From Felis catus (taxonomy: Eukaryota), in assembly GCF_018350175.1 (NCBI RefSeq), contig NC_058382.1, forward strand, positions 59,894,001-59,958,000: 64,000 bases of DNA, written 5' to 3'. Each line of letters begins with the position of its first letter. The stretch's first letter is position 1. A model generated the notes under the pieces. That model was not told the origin of the DNA. It was given only the letters and a program-made list of their open reading frames with translations, and did no database searches. Below, piece by piece: positions 26,431 to 39,082 of this stretch. The position numbers and the translations under genes are program-made.

Positions 26431-27884
26431 GATCCAATCAATTACTCATCACCAAAAAAGCAGGGATAAATGCTTTTCCAACCAACCCCAACCCTTGTCC
26501 ATAAACCTACTTATTTAAAAAGAAAAATGAAGTATGGGGAAACTATGGGAAGAAGAGGTCGAGAAGGATTCCGGCTGGAACTGTGTCCCGCGCTGCCTGT
26601 AGGTGATTAGGAGACCATGTGTGATAAAAGGGGGAAAAAACAGAAGTATATCCGAAAAGAGCTACAGCATCTCACAGTGAGCTGGCTCCTGAGCCTCCAG
26701 ACATAATCACCTCCAACAATGAGCTACAAAGGGCCAAGTCCTTACGATTCCCCCACTTTCCTTCTAGTGCAATATGACTTTAAGAACATACCTAATCCTT
26801 TTGTACTTTTCTAAGAATATCGGGTGACCTCGAGGCAATGCACTTGAAGCCAAATGACCCTTGAGTCCCAGCGCATCTGTAGGAAATTCATTACAGTGTT
26901 CCCCTCTTGAAGGCTGAGAAAGGGAGAGCATATTCCCTTTTAAGATTTCGAAGGGTCTGGTCGATGTAGGGCTTAATGCTTTTATTATCCGAAAGAATCT
27001 TGAAGCCAAGTTGGAAGGTGCTTGGACGATATTTGTCATGGTGATTTACGTGAGGTTGAAATTCTCATTACCCAGACACAGAGAGGCTAGAACATTTAAA
27101 ATGAGATCAGAATCCTAAAATGGTGACAAGATTAACTACATAGTCCTATTTTAGTGAAATCATACTTTTGAAACTTTAATGGGTTATCTTACATCTAATA
27201 TAACGTTAATGGCTAGAGTGTATCTTTTGTGTGGACAGGCGCCCTCTGCTGTCTTCAAGTTGAAACCCAGAAGAGAAAACTGATTAACAATGGCTCGACC
27301 TCATTACCCTCGTGGCAAATAATCAGTGTAGTTGGAAAGCTCTCCCAAGTGCGGTATGGATGTTGTGGTTCTTTGCATGTTTCCCATCTGGAAAAAATGA
27401 GAATATTAAACTAGCCCACTTACTACACAAAAGTCTTGGGAGAATCAAGCGAAGTAACAAAAAAACTTAGAAAATTTCACAAAATGCAAACTTAAGAGAT
27501 TCTGTGTGCTGTGAAATGACGGCATGCAATAGAGCTGGCTGACAATCATTTCATGTAACAACATTAACTGGACTGCAGCGCGTGAACATTGTACCAGAAT
27601 AGGAGATACAAAACAGAAGTCACGCCCACCAGCTTCCAGGAAGTTTGGTTCTAACAAGACAGAGAAACATAGATGTTCCTCAAATGCTTTGTGAAGTGAA
27701 GCAAGGAATAAGGAGGGATGGAGGAAGGGAGGAAGGGGTTAGGAGAGAAAGGGGGGAGAGTGAAATCAACCTGTTGCTTTGTACATTTGTCCGGTTTTCT
27801 AGAAGCCTGAAGGGAAGGGGTAGACCCAGTCTCCTTGCTCCATCGAGGCTGACAGCAAAATTCTCTCCTCTCTGGGGTTAAAAG

Positions 27885-28700
27885 GTGCTGCTTAATTTCC
27901 AAGTATTTGGGGACCTTTTCTCCTTTTTTTCTAATTTAATCCATTTATTTGAAATCTTTAAGAGTTCTCGGTCTCCTTTTGATGACGGTTCAGGTGCATC
28001 TTACAAATTGTAATGCGTTATGGTTTGACTTCCATTCAGTTCAAGATACTGCCTAATTTCTCTTTTGATCTCTTCGTAGACCCTGGGTTACTTAGAAGTG
28101 TGCTATTTAGTTTCTAAAGACTTTGAGATTTTCCAAAGATCTTTCTGGAAAGTTTTTTCCCCCTCTACCTGCTTTTATGATCTTATCTTCATCCTTATTA
28201 TCCTGCAGTTTCGCTAAGATATATTTAGATATTAATTCTTTATTTCTCTTGCCTGGGGTTCGGTAGTCTCCCTGAAGCTGGGGACGGAGGCTTTATTGTG
28301 TCCAGGAACTTCTCTCTCATTTTCTCTTCAGAGGATGCTGTCTGTTCTCCTCCTCTTGTACTGGAGCTCCAGTTAAACACACGCCACCGCTTTCCCAGTC
28401 CTTGTTTCAGGTCTCTTAACTCCTGTGCACATTTTCCATTTCTGTGTCTCTTTGTACCACATTCTGGATCGTTCTTTCTGGTTTATCTACTAGTTCATGG
28501 GTTCTTTGCTCGGCTCCATCAAATCCATCTGACCTGTCCGTAGAATTTTTAATTATGATTAGTGTATTCTCAAAAGTTCTATTTCTTTCCTCAAAGCTGC
28601 TAGGTCACGTGTAGAGCTTTCTGTTCCCTGCAGGGATTTTAAAGCTCGTCTTCTACTTCCTTAAAGTACGTATATTAATCAGTTTATGCTGCAGTAATGC
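27885..28700 (-). mobile_element. Old L1M/HAL1-like fragments
   Basis: T-rich + strand with motifs TTAATTTCCAAGTATTTGGGGA and TTAGAAGTGTGCTATTTAGTTTC. Confidence 0.6.
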
Positions 28701-30742
28701 TTCTCATTTTCTTCAGAGCACGGCTTGTGTGCATCCTTTGAAAGATTGCAGCGGAAGCGTCTTTCTCCAGAGGGGAATTGCCTTGGCTTCTGCCAAAGTA
28801 TTGGGGGGGGGGGGGCAGGGTTGCTCACTCTGAGGAAACTCAGCTTACTCTGAGATCCTCTAACTTCTTTTAGATCCCACCTGGGTCAGCCTTGGGCTTG
28901 ATGAATTTTTGCCCCTGCCCTTTGAGGCTGGCAAAACTGAAGCCGAACATGGCAACGCTTGCTCGTGCCTGGAATCAAAAGCCATTTGCAGAATCTAGTC
29001 TCTACCCGACGTCTTTGCTTCTAGTTTCGGTTAGATGCCGATCTGGTAACACTTTGCCCCTTGTTCGTTTTGCAGTGTCTTTAAGAAGACTCGTTTCGAC
29101 GTTTGCCCAGCATTCTCAGTTGCTTGGGACGGACAACTGGTCCGTTAACACAATCCACCATGCTGCAGCCCGGCTTCCTGTTTTAAATCGTAGTTTTCAG
29201 GATGTAATCTGGAAAATACAGACAAGGCTAAGAAGGAAACTTCAAGGCCGCCCACAGGCTTCCCTCCCAGGTGCAGCCACTCTGAGCATGTGTGGGACTC
29301 TCCTGCCGGCTGATGATGAACAAAAATCGGTGTCGCCATTTCCCTCATCTGCTCGGCTCCTTGTATAGGACCCCCCTTGCCCTGTCCCTCTTTATCACTG
29401 GATCTCAGAGGCATCACATGAAGACCAAGGACAGTTCGGACGGAGGTGGTCAGATACAAAAAGTGGGGAGAAGGCAACACCAAAACCCGGAAAATAATGC
29501 CGAAAATGGAACGGAAGCTGGGAGCCATGCTGGATACGGTCGCTGCAAGCGCGGAAGCAACCTTGAACGTCGCACGGATGGCAATGAGTCCGCGAGCAGG
29601 TTGCAGTAAAGCCACGGGCCGTGCATGCTCTTACACTGAAGGTTACCGGTGGCAGCCCCTTAAGTCCCAGATGCCCGGCCATGAAGTCAGATCACGCTGC
29701 TAAAAATGCCTGCTTCTCCAGAAGGGCATTCCCGCCACTGTGCAACCACGTGGCTCTTACCTTCTGAAGCTGCCGACCCTTTGCAGAAGCCGTAGTGAAA
29801 CCGCATTGTGGGTACAGAACTCACTCATATTCTCCTCTTGAACATGCTTGTGAATGATGCAATTTATAGAAAGCGTGTGCGAGAAAGACTACCGCATCAG
29901 ACCCCGAGGGCTGGATCGTTCTCAGACAATCCGAGACTGGTGAGTTGGCTAAGTGTTGCCCAGGTTTTCAATGACACGCCAGGAATAACGTTCATAGCAT
30001 CTGATTTCCAGGTAGATCAAGATTTTCCCGCTAATGGTCCTGAGAATACACTGGAAACGCATTGTGTTGGAATTACACGTGTGCCGTTGCTCTCTTCCCC
30101 TGGATTTTAATCTCCCCTCCACCATGTCTGGTTCACTTTTGGACCCCCAGAGAGGTCACACTATTCGTTACATGCTAACAAATAATGCGTAAACAATGAA
30201 TGAATGAAGTCCCCCGAGGGGCTGACAAGGGACGCGGAGAGCGCTATCTAGCACAGACAAGGGGAGTGTCTCCGTGCGCAAGCGTTTTAGGACAGCACGC
30301 GACGCTACACACGGATCATCCGTTTCCAAAGAGTAAGAACCACACACATTTGAAAACCCCGCCGAGATGAGAGTGAAGATTTAGAAAGGTCCGGCAGAGG
30401 AACACAGGACCGATGGATAAATGTACAGTTTCTGGGATGAGAGACAAGCCATTCTGGTGAATTTTGAGAAAGACGCAAATCCTGTCTTCCTTATGGCTGG
30501 ACTCTGACCGCATGAGGCTTGATGGTCTCATTGCAAACCCTTAATTCTGATCCTCTACGGCCCCTTACCCCCCTTACCGGATCTGCGGTCAGCTCCCCGG
30601 GGAGGAAGCCCTCTCTTGGGCAGAGGGGGGCAGGAACAGGAGTCAGTTAACACTGAAGACAAAACCACAAAGTAGGTTCTTCCGGGAAATGGGTGAAGCT
30701 GCTCCAGGGCAAAACCCCGTCGCCAGTGACGCTGCCGTGAAG

Positions 30743-30812
30743 TTGCGTGAGATCATGACCCGAGCCAAAATCAAGAGTCAGACGCCTAACCGACTGAGCC
30801 ACCCAGGTGCCC
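30743..30812 (-). mobile_element. Can-SINE 5' fragment
   Basis: GTGAGATCATGACC...ACTGAGCCACCCAGGTGCCCC. Confidence 0.8.
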
Positions 30813-31515
30813 CAGTCCCGCTTGCCTCCACTCCCCCCGGGCCCCTCACTTGCCCTCAAAACGTGCCCGATGTCCTAGTCTCTCAAATATCCCCTCTCTA
30901 CGAAGAGGCAGTTAGCTAATGGGTTTATAATTAAGGTAGATTGCTCCCGGCCAGATGTCACCCTGGAAATGCAAAGGAAAACAAAAAGACACCCTCTCAC
31001 CCCTACGACAACGGCCAAAATCCAGAACACCGACAATCACCAAATACTGGCGGGGTGTGTTTATTTAATACCTTCAAAAAAAAAAAAAAAGTAGCAAAAG
31101 CCTTTAAGACCAGTGCTGGGAGTCAGATTGCAGCGGGTGGGGTCTCTGCAGCCGGTGCCCACCTCCCGGAAAGCAGGGTGAGGGGACACACACCACAGGC
31201 TCTCACGGGAGCAGGCGAGGTGCCCTTACAAGCTGCTCACCGGCCCATTGTCGTCCTCGAGTCTTAAAGGTCGCTTCCTGGCTGTCAAGGCCAGTCTCCA
31301 GGATGCCCCCGAGTCCCCGCCGGATGAGGAAATTCCCGCTGCCGGGCTTCGGGGCCAGCAGGGGGCGCTGATGACCCCTCTCAGGGAAAAGCGGCTCTGC
31401 CCACGGGCACACATGCAGTGTTCACATTGATTTATATGAATAAGCATAATAACAAAAAATAAAGAAACCAACAAAAAAGAGAAAAGCGTTACCACACTTT
31501 AAAAAGCCAGGGACT

Positions 31516-31785
31516 GGGGCACGTGGGTGCCTCCGTCAGCTAAGCGTCTGACTCTTGATTTTAGCTCAGGTCACGATCTCCTGGTTGGTACGTCTGAGTC
31601 CCACGTCAGGCTCTGGACCGGCAGTGTAGAGCCTACTTCGGATCCTGTCTCTCTCTCCCTCTTTCTCTGTCCCTCTCCTGCTCACATGCCCCCCCTTCTC
31701 AAAATAAATAATCTTTAAAATAAAATAAAATAAAATAAAATAAAATAAAATAAAATAAAATAAAATAAAATAAAATAAAATAAAA
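31516..31785 (+). mobile_element. Can-SINE with (TAAAA)14 tail microsatellite (31716-31785)
   Basis: SINE head and core; TSD CCAGGGACT (31507-31515 / 31789-31797). Confidence 0.92.
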
Positions 31786-33224
31786 TTACCAGGGACTCTG
31801 AACTGGGCATCCCTCCCCAATTCTGGCCCTTGACCCCACCTGGCCCCTCCCATCCCCACGGGGAAATCACAGGGGTCCGAGATTCTTGTGCCAGCGTTCT
31901 TGAAAGTAGAAGGCGGTGTCTCACTTTCTCTCCGGCATCAGACCACTCTGGTCTGCGGCCCGGGTGCCATAGCACAGACACACCCTGACTCTGTTCTGGG
32001 CCAAGGACATGGGCAAAAAGGGCCGAGTGACGGAAGGTCAGCTTAGATACAGCAGCCACGGCAGATAGAGCTTCCTTGGAGGTGACGAGCAGGCCGTGGT
32101 CCTAGTGGGCCACCAGCTCCCGTGGTCCTCGGCCAGGCCCAGGGTTATGGGACTGTGGACACAGTGCCCACAACAATGACAAAGGAGCCTGGGAGGGGAG
32201 CGTCACCCCATCACCCACACCTCACAACCCAGCAGCCTTTAAACGCACTTGCGGGGTGGCGGTGGCCTGGGTCGCACGCGACTGGAGCCGGCCTGGCCTC
32301 AGTTTCCCCAGGCTCCCGGGGGCTGATAGGACAGGGCTTCAGAGTTGGTCACGAGTCCCGAGCTGGCAAAGTCACAGCCACTAGAGGGCAGTGCTGCTAC
32401 GTGGACGGCCACGTGCGGGGAAAATTGCATCATCCCCTCGTGCGTGCCGGCATTGCACGCAGAGTCAGGTGTCCTGCAGCCTTCCTGGGCACAGACACGG
32501 CCTGCCGTGGTGCTCATGCCAGAGGGCCTTGGTGTGGACGGGGACCGCACCTGCAGGCTGGCGGTGAGGGGAGGGGGGGGGGGGGAGGGAGCCGGCGGGG
32601 CAGAGTGGCTTTTCTGAATTCACTCTGTCCTCCCAGATGAATAATGTGTTAGACGCTGCATTTTTGTTTCCCTTTGTGTTTTAAGAGGGGCTTCGGTGCA
32701 GGCTTAGCAATAGTTTCACGGGATTAACTGAGGGAGGCAATAGAGCCTCAGGCACGCACGTTAGCCAGGCTGGGGCCGCAGCCCTGGGACCCAGGTGGAG
32801 TCTGGGGGAAAGGACTCCAACCAGGTCCCAGGATGTTTGCGCTCTCTGGTGTCACCATGGCCCGGTGTCTATAAAAACCCATAAACTACCGTTTGCTCAA
32901 CTGTCCTGAAAGCAAACCGTGTGCAGAAAGCATCCTGACAGCTGAGGAGAGTGATGGCCAAGGGCTCAGGGCAAAGGCCGTTGGTCCCATGGTCCTGACC
33001 TCCAACATCTCTGCCATCAAAGCGCCGCGGTGCGCTGGAGCGCCGCCCTGGCGGCCAAGATTCCTGCAGAGAGCCACAGGCCCTCCTCCAGCGGCCTTGT
33101 GGTGGGCTTTCCGGCACCTTCCGCCCTCTGCCCACCTGCCTGCCACTCCACCGGCCCCAGGCCCCTAGCACTTTCACCTGTGGTCACTTGATTTTTTTTT
33201 TTTTTTTTGCTTTGTGTTTTTAAT

Positions 33225-33470
33225 CAGACATATTCGCTTTCCTTTTGGAATAATTTTAGATTTGCAGAAAAGTTGCAAAGACAGTTCTGACAGCTCTGGT
33301 GTGTTCATCTTCCATGCTGATAACGAGTTGGTCAAGACAGAGAAACCCACAGTGGGACGTGACTATTAGCTAAACTCCAGGCTTCATGTGGATTTTTTGC
33401 TGGCTTTTCCACAAATGTGCTTTGTCTGGTCTCATTCAGGAGCCCATGCGGGATACGACGCTGCATTTTG
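33225..33470 (-). mobile_element. L1MC4-like 3'UTR fragment
   Basis: ATAATTTTAGATTTGCAGAAAAGTTGCAAAGACAGT...ACTATTAGCTAAACTCCAG. Confidence 0.7.
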
Positions 33471-35189
33471 ATACAGCTCGCTTCTCAGAGTCCAGACCCT
33501 GAGCCGTCCCACCCAGCATAGGGCATCTGCTCTGGGGAGAGAACACCCACGAGTGGTAATCCCCAGACTCTCCTAGGTGCCTTTGGGCTACAGGTGAAGA
33601 TGTCTGGGGGCATCCATTTGACGTTCTCCCTCCCCCCTCCCCACATAACCTTTGTGCATCCTTTTAGGGAACCACCTACCTCCTTAGCAGTCCAGTTGCC
33701 TTGCTCTGGAGATTCTAAGTATCAGTCATTCACCACTTAGTAAAAACCAGACCGCAGTGCTGCACATTGCTGAGAAATAGAGACGCAGAGTCCTCTAGGA
33801 TGAGAATCTTCTAGAATCTGGGGTAGAAGTAGGGATTAAAGCCTCTTTGGGAGTTTCATTATTTAGACAGAGCCCCCTCACCCCCGTGACTGTGGCCTTT
33901 TCGGACCCCCAGGATGCCCGGAATAGCGTTTCAAAGCATCTACCTACAGAGTCCCTGTGCTCTGCTCCCCGCCTCCCAGATTCTTCCCCAAATCCCACAA
34001 AGTGCTGACACAGGACATTTGAGACTCACTTGCAGGCAGAGGCTGGCAGCATGGGGTCTTTACTGAGGCCAGACCCTCTTTAAGGCCTGTCTCCCGGTCA
34101 CCCCGATGCCTTTGTCCAACTGCCCCCAAATCATCAGGTTCAGCTCAAACAACTCCAAACAAACCCCGGGTAAGGTGCAGAAATCAACATGTCTCCCAGA
34201 AGTGCACCAAGGGGGACAGTGAGTGTTTGTTTCTCCTGCTCGGGGGCCACTGGGCACACAGGAGCCAGAAGGGCTGGCTCATCAGGTTTTGTCACCACGG
34301 TGACTCGGGGCCAGAGCGTCGCGGGCTCTGAGCTATGCCGGGACCCGAGGGGCACCGCTGCTCTGAACCCGTGTCCACAGCGGGTGCCCGGCGGGGCCAC
34401 CCGTGGACATGCCACTGTGGGGGCAGTTCTGAGTCCCCTCACCCAGCGCCACCCAGCCCTGTGGCCAGAACTGGAGAAACGACACCCTCCTGACCCCAGT
34501 CCCCTCCTTTCTGCTGAGCAACACTAGCTCGGAGAAGCATGGGAATCCCTGCAGGGTCCCGGGGTCACCGACCAGACCGCGGAGCCTGCGCATTTGAGAG
34601 CAGAGCTCAGGGAGGGTGACCAGGGTGAGGTCCTGGAGGAGCCCCCGGTGCAGGGTACTCGCTGCCGGTGTGAGCTCTCGTAGCCCTGCCGGGCGCTGGG
34701 GTGAAGGGAGCTGGCCTCTGGTCCCTGTCCCGGGCCAGGCTAGGCCGGCTCCCAGCTCTCCCTGGTCCTGCGGAGACACAGTTCATTCTAGACCGAGCGC
34801 CATTGGTTCCCCTCCCCCACCCCCACCCCACCCCGCACGCTGGGCTTGCAGAATACCCCCGCTTTATTTTGCAAATCAGGGAACTCAGCACAAAGAAACT
34901 GAGCTCTGGCTGGGGGATGTAGCCGGCAGGCAGAACCCGGGTCTGCAGGGAGGCTGACCAAACTAACCAGACTCGCTTAGGCCGCTGGGTCCCATCAGCC
35001 CAGGGAGATTCTGTACCTGGACCCTGGACCCTGCGCCCGCCGTCCCCTCCGGCTCTCCCTGTGGCCACCTCCACGTCCATCACACCTCCATCTACGCTGG
35101 ACAGTGAGGCCGGAACAAACACCTTCCTAGCAGGCAGCACTCAGCCCGGAGAGAGAATAAACTTGGTAGCACATGGGGTGCCCGGGGCA

Positions 35190-35378
35190 CCGGTGACGTG
35201 TCCGTGCAGGCTCCTGACAGCAGCAGGGGCACCGCGGTGGTGCAGGACTGCGTGTGGGGAGGCCGCGGGTGTGAGGGGGCACGGCCGCGTGGGGATTCTC
35301 TGCACCTGCCGCTCCATTCTGCTGTGAACCGAAAACTGCTCCCCCAAATGAAGTTACTTTAAAACAAAAAAAAGAAAA
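35190..35378 (+). mobile_element. L1MC/MD-like 3' terminus (GC-shifted)
   Basis: CTCTGCACCTGCCGCTCCATTCTGCTGTGAACCGAAAACTGCTC followed by an A tail. Confidence 0.7.
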
Positions 35379-35624
35379 GCAAGCCTCCGTAGCTTGGCGG
35401 ATACTCTTCCCACTGTGGGCTCTGGTTCCTGTCCCCTTGGGCCAAATGTCCCTGCCCCTGCTCCTCTCTGTCCACCATGGGGCCTCTGCTAGCGGCACCC
35501 ACTGGGCAGGTGACTTGGTTTATGGGACACACTGGGGTCCCGCAGCCCCCACGTGCAGGCAGGGCCTATGCGGCCATTGTGGGCTTGGAGGATGCGCCCA
35601 CCCCCCACCCCGTATGAGTCTGTT

Positions 35625-35886
35625 GGACGGCCACGGCCAAGTACCGCAGCATGGGGCCTCAGCGCACAGATGCTCATTCTCTCCCAGTGCTGGAGGCTGG
35701 AAGGCTGCGGTCAAGGTGTGGGTAGCGTTAGTTTCCTGACAGGTCTGTCCTTGGCTGGCCTTCCCCTGGTGGCCTCACCTGGTCCTTCCTTCGTCTATGT
35801 ACATCCCAGTGTCTCTGTGGATACAAATTTCCTCTTACAAGCACACTAGTGAGATTATGGGTTTAGGGGCTCAGCTTCATGACATT
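35625..35886 (-). mobile_element. MaLR LTR (MLT1A-like)
   Basis: CAGTGCTGGAGGCTGGAAG...CAAGGTGTGGG...CCTCTTACAAGCACACTAGTGAGATT. Confidence 0.7.
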
Positions 35887-35896
35887 TCAAAAAACA

Positions 35897-36092
35897 TTTG
35901 TTTAATATTTATTTTTGAGACAGAGCACAAGCAGGGGAGGGGCCATGAAAGAGGAAGACACAGAATCTGAAGCAGGCTCCGGGCTCTGAGCTGTCAGCAC
36001 AGAGCCCGACGCGGGGCTCAATTCCACAAACTGTGAGCTCATGACCTGAGCCAAAGTCAGACACTTATCCAACTGAGCCACCCGGGCACCCC
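35897..36092 (-). mobile_element. Can-SINE
   Basis: Reverse-complement SINE ending GCCACCCGGGCACCCC. Confidence 0.9.
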
Positions 36093-36109
36093 ATTATTAA
36101 TTCATTTTA

Positions 36110-36360
36110 AATAGCAAGAATAATGTTATTACCTGTTACCATAAACCACCTATTTTTAGTGAAAAGCAACTATATTTCTTTTTAATAAAAAGTAACCACA
36201 TTTAGTGAGAAGCCGAGCTCTGTTCTATGTTTTTGCAAAAGTCTTACTGTCTGGCTTCATAGACAACTGACGGAATTCTTAGATGTGCTTGTGCATTTAA
36301 TCTGTTGGGCTGAGCATGTCCTGTGGCTTCTGGAAAACTCCACTGTACATCCACGAGAGT
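36110..36360. mobile_element. hAT-Charlie (Charlie1-like) DNA transposon fragment
   Basis: ATTTAGTGAGAAG...TTTTTGCAAA...TGTCTGGCTT...CTGGAAAACTCCACTGTACA matches the Charlie1 consensus as I remember it. Confidence 0.65.
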
Positions 36361-36494
36361 CCCTGAAAGTTTTGTTTTTGTTTTTAGTTGTACTAACTGC
36401 TTTTACGTGGAGCCTTTGTAATATCCAAAAACTATTCTGCCATGGCCATCTCTCCAAAATCCTTCATAGACTTTGTGATGAGGGAAGGAGGTAA

Positions 36495-36497
<3 letters not shown>

Positions 36498-36547
<50 letters not shown>

Positions 36548-36561
36548 AGAAAGAAAGAAAA
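36498..36561 (+). repeat. (GAAA)n microsatellite
   Basis: Direct tetranucleotide run with one interruption. Confidence 0.95.
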
Positions 36562-36574
36562 GACATAAGGTTTG

Positions 36575-37062
36575 AGAAAGAGATAAACTGTCATTACTCA
36601 CACACAACATAGTGTAAAAAATCCAAAGGCATTTACCAATAACCTATTCAAAGTAAGAGGTAAAATTAGCTAGGTTGCTGGATACAAGATCAATATACAA
36701 AACTGGTTGTTGTTTTATATGTATATACTAGCAACAAATAAATACAAATTATAAAGATCTTTAAAGTTACCAATTATAAGAGCATCAAAAAACACCAAAT
36801 GCCTAGGAAAAGACTGAGCCAGAGATGTGCAAGGCCTCTGCACTAGAGACTATGAAGCACCACTGAGGAGAAAACTACGTAGTTCTGCGTATGGAGGGAT
36901 CGGTCTGAGTAACGAGGAAAGACTCAATGCGAGAAAGGTTTCCATCTTCCCACAAACAACCTAAAGATTCAACAGCACCCCGACAAAATCGCAGAGGGCT
37001 TTCTGTGTGTACGTGTGTGCGCACTCACAGACTGACCAGCTGATTCTAAAATTTAAATGGGG
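36575..37062 (+). mobile_element. Old L1M ORF2 fragment
   Basis: GGTTGCTGGATACAAGATCAATATACAAAA, AGATGTGCAAGGCCTCT and GCTGATTCTAAAATTTAAATGG. Confidence 0.8.
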
Positions 37063-38659
37063 GACTAGCTACCGTGTATCATTTTCATTTGAAAACAAAA
37101 CAAAAGACCAATGACTCTTTGGGGCACAGAGCAACTCAGAGCTGCTGGTGTTCTTTGCTGGGGGGAGGTGCTGTCGGAATGGCCCGCAAGCCTGCACTTG
37201 GCAGTTTCCCTGACTTCTGAACCAAGACTCTCACACGCTGCCTGAAATCTTTGGCAAACTCTTGAAAAATGACAGCGTGAACCAAAGACCAGAAGGGAAG
37301 TCAGGTTGGTGGAAAGCAGCTCTCCAGACTTGTTTAATCGTGTTGGGGAAGCCATTAATCCGTTGGAGTAAGAGCCCGGCAATTCCTGGGTCCCTCTAAG
37401 TGCTTCATTCCTTGGGAATTAACACACAGGATCCTGCAGGTTTCAACAAACAAACCCAGAAGAGGGGGACGGGATACGCCCCGGGCATCCAGGGCCAAAG
37501 GCCCGGGTGTGGAGCAAAGGGGGTGCTGCCCCGTGGACACGAGGCTCAAGCGGCCGCACGAGGTCCCTCCACCCCCGAGACAGTCAGCGGTTGCTATGAC
37601 CCTACATTGCCTGATACAAACACGCGCTTAACAAGGATGCAGAAATTCACTGGACAAAGTGTGACCTGACACGGCTTGTGCGAATGGTGCTGTGGGCGGG
37701 GAGGCTTCTGATGGTGAGCTCCCGACAGCAGCCGCCAGCCCACGGCCCCAGCCGCAGAGGCTCCATGCGACCTTGTGGCCTCCTCACACCCTCCATTACC
37801 CCCTCCCCGGGCGTTTGCTTCAGACCTCTTCGCTCTGTTCTCTGGGGTCTCCGGGGTCTCCAGAGGGCTCCTCCCTCTGGCACTAACAGGGGTTAGCTCG
37901 CATTAGGTGTGCCATTTTTAGGAGCCCAGAGAAGACTCTTGCTTCACCGGCCTTCTGTCTGCTTGGCTAGCGGACACATCTTTCCAGCCCTGGGCAAAAT
38001 CGGGCAGTGCTCTAAGTCTCCCGAGATAACTGTAGATCCCGTAATTAACGAGCACACCGGAACCGAGCGGAGGTCGACCCTGCCGTGCGGGGCCGGGAGG
38101 GCGGACGTGCTGAGGCCCGGCTGTGCTTCTTGCCTCCTGGGCTTGGCTGCTGTTTGTCTCTGAACATCACCACCTTCCTGGCTCCCCGAGGCTCTCCCGC
38201 CCAGAAGGGACGGACCATCCCCTGCTGCCAAGAAACAGGCTATCGTTTATCTCACGCTTGCAAAGCTCAGCCAAGCGGAGGCACCCTGCCCACGAATGGT
38301 ATCCCGTGCAGCCCACGGCCAAGGCCAAACTCGGATTTGGAAGTGGCGGGTCAAATAAGCCAGATTTCCAGGGCAGGAGCGGAGGAGGCCCAGCGGACGA
38401 GCACAGCTCCTTGATCCACTGTCACTTTGTTACAGTTGGAGGGAACTTCATCTGTTCAAGTAGCGCCATGAGCACCCCATAGCCCGGAGCCCCGGGCGTC
38501 CCCACAGCACACTGTGCCCTCTGTTTCCTCCAGCCGCGGCCAAGAGCGCTTTGTGTGTCTGAATAACTGGCCGGGAACTGGACAGCCATCCCGTGCCAAG
38601 ACACAGACGACAGGGCTGGCTTTAACTCCTTAGCGGCTGCCGGAACGCCTCGTTGGTCT

Positions 38660-39075
38660 TACAAGTATTTGTCGAGTGCCTGCCATGTGCTGGGCCTTGT
38701 CTAGGCTCACGGGACCCTTGGCCGCGGAACCCGGTTTCTGGAGGAGGCAGACAGGAATCTCAGATGGTTTGGAATAAGACAGGCGTGTGAATGAACGAAA
38801 CAGGGAGGACGGGGGTTCGTTCGGGAGAGGGCCTGATGACAGAGAGATCTGGTGTTAGGGGCTGCTCTGGTGTAGACGAGGGTGGGTGAAGAGGCAGGGC
38901 CCCCTCCTCTGGGGCTGCCGGCGCGGGGAGGGGTCTGGATTTTGTCCTAAGCACCACGGGAGCTGCTGGCAGGTGGTGAGCAGGGTGGTGACATGAAGGG
39001 GGGAAGCCACCTTCTAGAGAGAGAGCACTGTGGCCCCCCGTGGGCTGAGGGAAGGATGGTGACGGGGTCAACAGG
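38660..39075 (-). mobile_element. L2 fragment(s)
   Basis: AAGTATTTGTCGAGTGCCTGCCATGTGCTGGGC and GGATTTTGTCCTAAGCA...GGGTGGTGACATGA. Confidence 0.55.
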
Positions 39076-39082
39076 GTAACCG

